A stretch of DNA of 40,389 bases from Deltaproteobacteria bacterium (GTDB taxonomy: Bacteria; Desulfobacterota; Desulfobulbia; Desulfobulbales; SURF-16). Within the stretch, counting starts at the first letter, position 1; every line of letters begins with the position of its first letter. The stretch is from NCBI GenBank assembly GCA_029939635.1, contig JAOZSN010000003.1:1-40389 (forward strand), read 5' to 3'. The notes under the pieces are model-generated. The model saw nothing but the letters and a program-made list of their open reading frames with translations, did not search any database and was not told where the DNA came from. Positions 32,740 to 40,389 of the stretch are shown here, piece by piece. A program made the translations under genes and the position numbers.

Positions 32740-34686
32740 ATGTCCCCACAAACCACTATTCTCATCGTTGATGATCGCCCTGAAAATCTCTTGAGCCTGC
32801 GGGCCATGTTGGAAGATCTTGATATCAACATCATCTCTGCCTCCTCTGGCAATGAGGCCCTTGCCCTGTTGTTAGAGCATGAGTGTGCCTTAGTGCTGCT
32901 CGATGTGCAGATGCCGGAGATGAATGGTTTTGAGGTGGCTGAATTGATGCAGGCCAATACAAAGACCAGCACAATCCCCATCATCTTTATCACTGCCATC
33001 AGCAAGGATCAGGAACATATTTTTAAGGGCTATGCGGCCGGGGCGGTGGACTATATTTTTAAGCCCCTTGATCAGGCCCAGATCCTGGTCAGTAAGGTAA
33101 AGGTCTTTTGTGAGCTGTATGAGGCTAGGGAAAAGATCAAGCAGGCAGTTGATACCCAGCGCTTAAGTGAGCAACAATGGCAGCTGACCTTTGAGGCCAT
33201 CAGTGACCTGGTGACTATCCATGACACCAAATTTCACCTGCTGCGGGTGAATCGGGCCACGGCTGAGTTTTTTGGTAAGGAGCCGGAAGAGCTGGTGGGG
33301 CGCAAGTGTTATGATGTCTTTTGTGGCCAGAACAGCAAGTGCACATCGTGCCCAATTATCTCCTTGGAGCAGGATTTGCGTCCGCATACAGCAGAAATAA
33401 ATCATTCCGTGCTCAAAAAGACCTTTCAGGTCTCTGTCTCTCCCATCTTTGATGAGGCTGAGCAATTTATTGGTGTTGTCCATATTGCCAAGGATATCAG
33501 TGCCAGAAAAAAATTGGAGACCCAGTTGCACCAGGCCCAGAAAATGGAGGCCATTGGCACCTTGGCTGGTGGCATTGCCCATGATTTCAATAATATACTG
33601 ACCCCTATAGTTGGTTATGCAGCTCTGCTGCGGCGAGATGCCAAACCTGGTAGCCCCTTGCATAAGGGCTTGGGTATAATTGAGCAGGCAGCAGGGCGTG
33701 CTACTGAATTGGTAAAACAGATTCTCTCTTTTAGTCGTCAGCACGAGCATGAGATGATCAGTATTGCCATCCAGCCTATTATCAAAGAGGCTCTGAAGCT
33801 GTTGCGCTCCAGCTTGCCCGCCACCATAGAGATCCGTCAAGATATCGACATGGAGTGTGGAGCAATTATGGCTGACTCCACTCAGATTCACCAATTGTTG
33901 ATGAATCTCTGCACTAATAGCGGTCATGCCATGGCTGAGCATGGTGGGGTGTTAGAGATCTCTCTCCGCTGCCAAGAATTGTTGGCCAAAGATTGTGTCC
34001 AGTGGCCAGACCTTTCTTCTGGTCAGTATCTCCTGCTTGAGGTGAGTGATAGCGGATGTGGTATGGCTGCTGATCTGTTGGATCGGATTTTTGAACCCTA
34101 TTTCACCACCAAGGAAAAAGATCAGGGTACGGGTATGGGTTTGGCGGTGGTGCATAGTATTGTCACAGCCCAACAAGGGCAGATTAGTGTTACCAGTGAG
34201 ATTGGTCAGGGTACAACATTTCATATCCTCTTGCCTGTAGTAGGAAAACCTGGGGGGCGGCACAAGAAGGAGAAGAGTGATACGGTGCTCCCTTCAGGTA
34301 ACGAACATGTATTGTTGGTGGATGATGAAGAGTATGTGGTTATGGTCTATGGAGAGATCCTCCTCTCTCTAGGCTATCAGGTAAGCACAGAGACCAGTAG
34401 CCAGAAGGCGCTGGACTTGTTTCTGGCTGGTAAGGATGATTTTGATATAGTCATCACCGATCTCACCATGCCAGAGATGACCGGTATTGAACTGGCACAC
34501 GAAATCATAGCTATTCGGCCTGAAATTCCCATAATACTATGTACAGGGATTAGTGAGTTGATTGACGCTGAGCAGGCCCAGGATATTGGTCTTCGTGCCT
34601 ATCTCCATAAGCCGGTAAGCATCCAAGATATGGGCCAGGTAGTACGGCGTGTTTTGGATGGGGAAAAACTACCTGAAATCCTTTGA
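32740..34686 (+). CDS. Hybrid sensor kinase HK3 (REC, Cys4-PAS, HisKA, HATPase, REC)
   Basis: The N-terminal receiver appears roughly 70-75% identical by eye to that of the preceding response regulator. It has a PAS domain with CYDVFCGQNSKCTSC and the H-box AGGIAHDFNNILTPIVGYAALL. It also has DSGCGM and GTGMGLAVVH boxes and a C-terminal receiver paralogous to that of HK1. Confidence 0.93.
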   Translation: MSPQTTILIVDDRPENLLSLRAMLEDLDINIISASSGNEALALLLEHECALVLLDVQMPEMNGFEVAELMQANTKTSTIPIIFITAISKDQEHIFKGYAAGAVDYIFKPLDQAQILVSKVKVFCELYEAREKIKQAVDTQRLSEQQWQLTFEAISDLVTIHDTKFHLLRVNRATAEFFGKEPEELVGRKCYDVFCGQNSKCTSCPIISLEQDLRPHTAEINHSVLKKTFQVSVSPIFDEAEQFIGVVHIAKDISARKKLETQLHQAQKMEAIGTLAGGIAHDFNNILTPIVGYAALLRRDAKPGSPLHKGLGIIEQAAGRATELVKQILSFSRQHEHEMISIAIQPIIKEALKLLRSSLPATIEIRQDIDMECGAIMADSTQIHQLLMNLCTNSGHAMAEHGGVLEISLRCQELLAKDCVQWPDLSSGQYLLLEVSDSGCGMAADLLDRIFEPYFTTKEKDQGTGMGLAVVHSIVTAQQGQISVTSEIGQGTTFHILLPVVGKPGGRHKKEKSDTVLPSGNEHVLLVDDEEYVVMVYGEILLSLGYQVSTETSSQKALDLFLAGKDDFDIVITDLTMPEMTGIELAHEIIAIRPEIPIILCTGISELIDAEQAQDIGLRAYLHKPVSIQDMGQVVRRVLDGEKLPEIL

Positions 34687-34761
34687 TTTGATGTCATAAC
34701 GCCGCATGAGGCGTTGTAATCCATGGCGATCCAGACCCAGTTTCTTTTGCTGCCATGTCAT
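34669..34761 (-). pseudogene. Possible relic of a Fis-type (HTH_8) C-terminal DNA-binding helix
   Basis: The 30-codon frame MTWQQKKLGLDRHGLQRLMRRYDIKSKDFR* resembles the ...LGISRxTLxRKLKxYGI ends of NtrC-family regulators. An in-frame stop at 34786-34788 removes any upstream body. It overlaps the HK3 3' end convergently. Confidence 0.25.
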
Positions 34762-34917
34762 TCTTCGTGCATCTTTTGTGATGCGCTAGAGAAATGGTAT
34801 TTCCACAATAGGCCATACGTGTTGACGTTTCAGCACGATTGCTATAATCAACGGAGGGTAATTGGCAGGTTAGGGTGAGGCTGGTGCGTCCCTGGGGCCT
34901 GCTCAGCTCTCGTGGCT

Positions 34918-36837
34918 TTACGCCACCTTGGAGCCGGGGGTGGTGGTTTGGCTGACAGTGGAAAGAATCAGGTGATCGCCATCCTTGGCAGCCAGCACCA
35001 TACCTTGGGAGCTGATGCCCATGAGTTTTGCTGGCTTGAGATTGGCAACGATGATGACCTGTAAGCCGATGATATCTTCAGGTTGATACGATTCGGCAAT
35101 ACCCGCAACAATAGTACGTTCTTCAGGGGCCTTGACAGTGAGTTTTAAGAGGCGATCTGATTTTTTTACCTTTTCTGCCGCAACTATCTCTGCTACCCGT
35201 AACTCTACCTTGCCAAATTCTTCAAAGGTGATGACACCTTCTGGCAGTTTTTCAGATTTCTTCTCTGCTGATTTTTTCTTTTTGGCCTTGGGTTGTTGTT
35301 GGCCCTTGGGGGCCTTCTTCTTCTCCAGGCGAGGAAAGAGGGGTTCGGGTTTGGCAATGACCGTGCCAGGGATAAGCTGGCCCCAGGCGCTGCGACTGGC
35401 CAGGGTTCCCGTTGTCTCCACGCCCAAGCCTGTATTCATTTTAGCTGCAGTACCAGGCATGATTGGCTCTACTACTAGAGCCAGCAGGCGTAGGGTTTCA
35501 AGCAGGGTATGAAAGACGGTGGCAAGATTTTTCTGGCCATCTTCAGCCTTGGCCATCTCCCAGGGGGCATTTTCAACAATATACTTATTGGCCAGTCCTA
35601 CCACCTTCCACACTGCCTCTAAGGCGCGGTTAAAGCGGAAGATGTCCATTTCTCGGCCATAGGTCTCCAGCATGACGGCACAGGCGTCTTGCATCTCTTG
35701 GTCTATGGGGCGTAACTGGTTGGGGGCAGGTACCTTGCCATCCATAAATTTGCCCACCATGGTCAGCGAGCGGGAAAAGAGGTTGCCTAGATCATTGGCC
35801 AGGTCAGAATTTTGTCGTGCTACCACGGCATCGTTTGAGTAGCCTGAGTCAAGGCCAAAGGACATATCACGCAGCAGAAAATAGCGAACCACATCAACAC
35901 CAAACTCTTCAACCATCTCTTTGGGGCGTACCACATTGCCCAGGGATTTACTCATCTTGGTCTCGCCCATATTCCAATAACCATGGACATGGAGTTTTTG
36001 ATAGGTGGGCAGGCCCATGGATTTAAGCATGGTGGGCCAGAAGATGGCGTGGGGCTTGAGGATATCTTTTGCTATGACATGCTCGGCAACTGGCCAGAAT
36101 TGCGCAAATTTTTCGTTCTCAGGATATCCCAGACCGGTGAGATAGTTGATTAGGGCATCAAACCAGACATAGGTGACAAATTTGTCATCAAAGGGTAGAG
36201 GAATACCCCAGGTCAGCCGACTGGTGGGGCGGGAAATACATAAATCCTCCAGCGGTTCACTTAAAAAGGCCAACATCTCATTGGCGTAGCGCTGGGGGGT
36301 GATGAAGTCAGGGTTGGTCTTGATATGGTCAATGAGCCAGTCCTGGTATTTGGACATGCGGAAGAAATAATTTTGTTCACTGATCCGCTCTGGTTCGCAG
36401 AGATGATCTGGGCATTTGCCACCCACCAACTCTTTTTCGGTGAGAAAGCGTTCACAGCCCTTGCAGTATAACCCCTCATACTCGCTGAAATAGATATCCC
36501 CTTGTTCATACACCTTCTGCAGGATGTCATGCACTGTTTTGATGTGATCAGCGTCAGTGGTGCGGATAAAATTGTCCGGTTCAATGGCTAAGGGAGGCCA
36601 GGCCTCACTGAACATGGCGGAGATACGGTCTACATATTGACGGGGCGACTCATCTGCAGCCTCAGCGGCCTGAACGATCTTGTCACCATGTTCATCCGTA
36701 CCAGTCTGGAAGCGGACTGTATTGCCACAGAGACGCTTATAGCGAGCAAAGGTGTCAGCGACAATGGTGGAGTAGGCATGGCCCAGGTGGGGTTGGGCAT
36801 TAACGTAGAAAATGGGGGTGGTGATGTAAGTATTCAT
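34918..36837 (-). CDS. metG: Methionine--tRNA ligase with a C-terminal tRNA-binding (Trbp111/EMAP-like) domain
   Basis: 639 aa with the HIGH motif (PHLGHAYS), KMSKS, a Zn knuckle (CKGCERF...CPDHLC) and a C-terminal VELRVAEIVAAEKV...LKLTV OB-fold. Confidence 0.97.
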   Translation of the reverse strand: MNTYITTPIFYVNAQPHLGHAYSTIVADTFARYKRLCGNTVRFQTGTDEHGDKIVQAAEAADESPRQYVDRISAMFSEAWPPLAIEPDNFIRTTDADHIKTVHDILQKVYEQGDIYFSEYEGLYCKGCERFLTEKELVGGKCPDHLCEPERISEQNYFFRMSKYQDWLIDHIKTNPDFITPQRYANEMLAFLSEPLEDLCISRPTSRLTWGIPLPFDDKFVTYVWFDALINYLTGLGYPENEKFAQFWPVAEHVIAKDILKPHAIFWPTMLKSMGLPTYQKLHVHGYWNMGETKMSKSLGNVVRPKEMVEEFGVDVVRYFLLRDMSFGLDSGYSNDAVVARQNSDLANDLGNLFSRSLTMVGKFMDGKVPAPNQLRPIDQEMQDACAVMLETYGREMDIFRFNRALEAVWKVVGLANKYIVENAPWEMAKAEDGQKNLATVFHTLLETLRLLALVVEPIMPGTAAKMNTGLGVETTGTLASRSAWGQLIPGTVIAKPEPLFPRLEKKKAPKGQQQPKAKKKKSAEKKSEKLPEGVITFEEFGKVELRVAEIVAAEKVKKSDRLLKLTVKAPEERTIVAGIAESYQPEDIIGLQVIIVANLKPAKLMGISSQGMVLAAKDGDHLILSTVSQTTTPGSKVA

Positions 36838-36870
36838 TGGGGGAGCCAGGTAACGCCTTTATATTATTAA

Positions 36871-37001
36871 CAACGAATATCGAGGTCACAAGAAATGTCG
36901 AATGATCAAGGGTGGATGATGTCTTAATAAATAAAGAAAATATACCCCCAAGGGCACTTCCTTCGACATTCGAAATTTCTTGTTCGATATTCTGCGGTTC
37001 G
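36871..37001. repeat. Inverted-repeat element, diverged subtype, copy F
   Basis: GAATATCGAGGTCACAAGAAATGTCGAATG pairs with CATTCGAAATTTCTTGTTCGATATTC. The core ...GGGCACTTCCTTCGACATTCG echoes the G.G.CTTCC.CATTC core of copies A-E. It lies between the PSP1 gene stop (37008) and the metG start (36837). Confidence 0.7.
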
Positions 37002-37007
37002 TTTGTT

Positions 37008-37946
37008 TTATTTTTTCTTGCCCTTGGATTTATGCGAACCAGTTCCTTTCGAGCGCTGCGGTTTTGTTGGTTTCTTGGCAATGGCTTCCCATTCGCTGCG
37101 TGGCACATCACGCAGGGTGTCACGGTCTTTGGTGTCGACCACTGTCAGAGATTCCGAGAGGATATTTTGCCTAATAATCTTCCATTTAGAGCCATCTAGC
37201 TGGATAGTTGTCCCGCAGCGTGGCATCTCTTTACGAATCCGCCGGTAGGTGGGGAATTCGTAGGTGAGACAGCATAGCAATCTGTTGCAGATGCCAGATA
37301 TCTTGGTGGGGTTAAGGGGCAGGCGCTGTTCTTTGGCCATCTTAATAGAGACCGGCGCAAAATTATCAATAAAAGTAGAGCAGCAAAGCTCGCGTCCGCA
37401 ACTGCCAATGCCACCAATCATTTTAGTCTCATGGCGAACCCCTACCTGCCGCATCTCCACCCTGGTGCGAAATTCCTGCACAAGATCTTTAACCAGGGCC
37501 CGGAAATCAACACGGTTATCAGCGGTAAAGTAGAAGATAATCTTGCTACCATTAAAAAAACGCTCAACCTTAATGAGTTTCATAGCCAGTTTATGTCTGG
37601 CTATCATCTCAGAGCAGATAGTAAATGCCTGGGTTTCCCGTTCGGTCAGGCGGGTATACTTGCCCTGTTCATCCCGGTTACAACGGCGGTGGATGGCAAG
37701 TGCTGGTTGTAGGTCTGCCAGGTCACCAATGAGAATGGGTTGGGGGCCAAGGCCGGTGATGGTGGCAGGTTCCAGACCATGCTTCGAGGCCACCATAACC
37801 ATTTCATCTGTTTTCAGGTTTTGGATACGGGCACTGGCAGTATGGATTTGCTCTCCCTTACGAAACTGGATATTATACCAGCGGTCAGGCTTTGTATCCT
37901 TTTTCTTGTCCACAGGGGCAGCTTTTGTTTTATCTTGTTGGCTCAT
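37008..37946 (-). CDS. PSP1 domain protein (YaaT/RicT-like)
   Basis: PSP1 core with the Cys cluster (GSCGRELCCSTF...ISGICNRLLCCLTYE) and a basic C-terminal tail. The start at ATG 37946 avoids overlap with holB. The holB-PSP1-metG order is a common conserved arrangement. Confidence 0.85.
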   Translation of the reverse strand: MSQQDKTKAAPVDKKKDTKPDRWYNIQFRKGEQIHTASARIQNLKTDEMVMVASKHGLEPATITGLGPQPILIGDLADLQPALAIHRRCNRDEQGKYTRLTERETQAFTICSEMIARHKLAMKLIKVERFFNGSKIIFYFTADNRVDFRALVKDLVQEFRTRVEMRQVGVRHETKMIGGIGSCGRELCCSTFIDNFAPVSIKMAKEQRLPLNPTKISGICNRLLCCLTYEFPTYRRIRKEMPRCGTTIQLDGSKWKIIRQNILSESLTVVDTKDRDTLRDVPRSEWEAIAKKPTKPQRSKGTGSHKSKGKKK

Positions 37947-38022
37947 ATGAAAACAGGTGTCAGGTGTCAGAAGAGGTTGAGGCAAGGCTTGATCTCTAGT
38001 CCAGGATATATACTCACTGCAA

Positions 38023-39030
38023 TTAACATTTTTCTGCCAGTAAGGCAAAAAAAAGAACCTCCAGTACCAGGGTGCGATTGCAGTGGCGAGCCAGTTGGCG
38101 ACGAGCCTGGTCTAGGCTGTGTAGTTTGTTTTGCAAGGCATGCTGGCTCCAGCACCTACTTCCCTGCTCTAGAAGATCACCAAGATCATGGCTAATGGGG
38201 TGTGAACCTGCCCCAGAGCGGAGTACAAGTACGTCTCGTAGCCAGGTGGTGAGCAGGTTTAAAAAATCATCGAGATTTTCTTTTAGGGCGGCAGCCTCGG
38301 CAGCCATGGGGAAGACCTGTTGTACTGTTTCTGTGCAATCTTCGGGCAGGATGGTGAGCTGTTCAATAATAGTACGGCGTAGGGGTAAAAGGTTTTTCTT
38401 CTGCAGGGTACGGGCACGACCCAGGCTGCCCTCGCTGATAGCGGCATAGGTCATGGCCTGTTTCTCAGCGAGCTCTGCATCATCGTTCATGAGCATTCGA
38501 CTCACCTCTGCCAAGGGCAAGGGAATAAGGGGTATGATCTGGCAGCGTGACAGTATGGTGGGTAAAATGGTTCCAGATTCGTTGCCGCTTAAAATGAGCA
38601 GAGTATGCTTGGGTGGTTCTTCCAGGGTTTTAAGCAGGGCATTGGCCACCTCAGGGCGGCGCATGGTTTCATGGATATCTGCCAGCAATACCAGCCTGCT
38701 CTTGGCCTCAAAGGGGGGGAAGGTTAGTTGCTGCTGTAAGGCACGAATTTGCTTAATCTTGATGCCTGCCCCTTCTGGTTCTATGACCAGGAGGTCAGGA
38801 TGATTGCCAGAGGCAAATTTTTTACACGATGGGCAATGACCGCATACTTCAATATCCTGAGGGTGAGCACAGTTAATCAGGGCAGCAAAGGCGTGGGCCA
38901 CCATCTTTTTACCTACCCCGCTGGGACCTTTAAGCAGGTAGGCGTGCCCGAGCTTATCCTTGTTAAAGGAGGAGGTGAGGAAATTAATGGCCCACTGCTG
39001 GCCAATGATGGTTGAAAATGGAATGAGCAT
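38023..39030 (-). CDS. holB: DNA polymerase III subunit delta prime
   Basis: GHAYLLKGPSGVGKK Walker A-like motif, Zn module CGHCPSCKKFASGNHPDL and SRCQ sensor motif. The length and order are typical of HolB. Confidence 0.9.
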   Translation of the reverse strand: MLIPFSTIIGQQWAINFLTSSFNKDKLGHAYLLKGPSGVGKKMVAHAFAALINCAHPQDIEVCGHCPSCKKFASGNHPDLLVIEPEGAGIKIKQIRALQQQLTFPPFEAKSRLVLLADIHETMRRPEVANALLKTLEEPPKHTLLILSGNESGTILPTILSRCQIIPLIPLPLAEVSRMLMNDDAELAEKQAMTYAAISEGSLGRARTLQKKNLLPLRRTIIEQLTILPEDCTETVQQVFPMAAEAAALKENLDDFLNLLTTWLRDVLVLRSGAGSHPISHDLGDLLEQGSRCWSQHALQNKLHSLDQARRQLARHCNRTLVLEVLFFALLAEKC

Positions 39031-39271
39031 GGGCAGCCATTATAAATGGAAAGGGCAATGGCTGCAAGTAGGCGGCTCACCTTTGTTCCTTGTCCTCGAA
39101 CAGGTAAGCTGATTTACGAGACTCCGAAATGTCTAATTATTCAAGACACCCTTATGTTGTGGTGCTTAGGAAGCATATTGAGTAGCAAAATGTTAAGAGC
39201 CATAAGTTTTAACGTGGTTCTTAACCTCACTGGTGATATCTCACGCTGAGTTTCCTTTAGAGGCACAAATG

Positions 39272-40389
39272 TTAATAATCAATTTGTGTCAGGTTTGTCC
39301 CTTGTTTAGTCAGGGAGTAGCGTCCTTCTCCTGCCTCAATCATCTCTGAGAGTTCGGCAGTGATAATGGCCAGCTCCTCAGCGTCCTGTTGCATTTTCTC
39401 AGCCATGGCGGAAGAGTCCAGGGCTGTAGCAGCATTTTGTTGGGTGATGGAGTCCATCTCGGTGATGGCAATATTGATTTGATTAACCCCTTCTGATTGC
39501 TCCTGGATGGCATTAGCCACCTCGTCGGTGAGGGTGGCAACCTTGCCAGAGGTCGCGGTTAACTGCTGGAAGATTTCAGAGGTCTCGGTTACCAGATTAT
39601 TACCGTCACTTATCTTGTTGGTGACATCTTCTATGAGCCCAGAGGTATTGGTGGCGGCCTCTGATGAACGCATGGCTAAGTTGCGTACCTCTTCTGCCAC
39701 CACGGCAAACCCTGCTCCAACCTCTCCGGCTCTGGCCGCCTCTACGGCAGCATTTAGGGCCAGCAGGTTAGTTTGAAAGGCAATCTCCTCAATGGTATGA
39801 AGGATCTTGCCAATTTGCTGACCGGCATTTGATATATCAGCCATAGCGCTGGTAAGCTGATCCATATGGCCCTGGGCCTTACTGGTGATCTGCTGATTTT
39901 CATGCATCAGCCCCTTGGTTTCCTGGGTGTTGCTGGTGTTCTGACGGGATGTGGCCGTGACCTCTTCCAGGGAGGCAGATGATTCCTCCAATGCGGCGGC
40001 CTGGCTGGAGGCGCGGTCTGCCACTTCATGGGCTCCGGCAGAGACAGAGGATGAGGAGTGGCTCAATGTGGCAGAATTACTGGCCAGACGTGCCATGATG
40101 TCATCCAAGGGGCCGGTTACTTTTTTGCGGGCAAAGAGGATGGCAGCCAAGGCGGCCAGGTTGGTGATGAAAAAGATGAGGAACTGACCCATGATGACCT
40201 TGTTGGCATCATTAGCCTTCTCATAAAGCCCAACCGCCTCATTCATGGTGGAGAGCAGAGGCAGGTTATGTTCTTTGATGGCCTTGATCGCTGCTTCTAC
40301 TTCCTGGCTTCCTGGCTGGTGGGTGATAACTTTCTCAAGCTCTTTTTTGAAAATTTGCCAAAGTGTTTTTACCTCAGCCAGCTTAGCTA
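39272..40389 (-). CDS. Methyl-accepting chemotaxis protein, 5'-partial (continues past the window end)
   Basis: MCP signalling hairpin [40 protein letters not shown]. The frame stays open from 40246 to the window edge (…[25 protein letters not shown]…), so the listed Met is internal. Confidence 0.9.
   Translation of the reverse strand, partial: AKLAEVKTLWQIFKKELEKVITHQPGSQEVEAAIKAIKEHNLPLLSTMNEAVGLYEKANDANKVIMGQFLIFFITNLAALAAILFARKKVTGPLDDIMARLASNSATLSHSSSSVSAGAHEVADRASSQAAALEESSASLEEVTATSRQNTSNTQETKGLMHENQQITSKAQGHMDQLTSAMADISNAGQQIGKILHTIEEIAFQTNLLALNAAVEAARAGEVGAGFAVVAEEVRNLAMRSSEAATNTSGLIEDVTNKISDGNNLVTETSEIFQQLTATSGKVATLTDEVANAIQEQSEGVNQINIAITEMDSITQQNAATALDSSAMAEKMQQDAEELAIITAELSEMIEAGEGRYSLTKQGTNLTQIDY

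Noticed and set aside
34698-34716. Short hairpin AACGCC-GCATGA-GGCGTT as a terminator for HK3
   Set aside because: The stem is 6 bp and no T-run follows. Support is insufficient, and I found no clear terminator at this convergent junction.
39033-39065. Hairpin GCAGCCATT-N15-AATGGCTGC between the MCP stop and the holB start
   Set aside because: The stem is only 9 bp with a large loop and no U-tract, and it abuts the holB start codon. It cannot be distinguished from chance or minor mRNA structure.

Overview
The window is about 40.4 kb of bacterial chromosome. The protein families suggest a Desulfobacterota (Desulfobulbales-like) organism, but that is a low-confidence inference. All calls were made by eye from the sequence and the ORF track. 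Housekeeping genes are recognisable: amtB-glnK with a sigma-54 promoter, mutS, an AmiC-type amidase, yggT-divIVA-DUF167, and holB-PSP1-metG. Two methyl-accepting chemotaxis protein genes are also present. I saw no rRNA, tRNA, CRISPR array, transposase or integrase. The notable region is a 14.5-kb same-strand array at 20121-34686. Its order is TonB-dependent receptor, hybrid kinase HK1, orphan PhnD-like binding protein, 1314-aa hybrid kinase HK2 (HAMP, Cys4-PAS, GAF, duplicated EELQ coiled coil, three receivers), CheR, receiver-less CheB, a response regulator with a CxxC...HGxCPxC tail, and hybrid kinase HK3. No CheA, CheW, MCP, Hpt or DNA-binding output lies inside the array. Every gap over 100 nt in this array is filled by a copy of one inverted-repeat element. 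The element's arms are tandem heptamers, TCGAACA on one arm and TGTTCGA on the other. One 510-bp copy carries a four-helix-bundle (23S rRNA intervening-sequence protein / Avd-like) gene. The roughly 105-135-bp copies look like ORF-less deletion derivatives of that cassette. Further copies lie after mutS, after the PSP1 gene and after HK1, giving seven in 40 kb. I regard this hairpin-cassette family and the CheA-less CheR/CheB multi-kinase locus it punctuates as the main candidates for undescribed biology.
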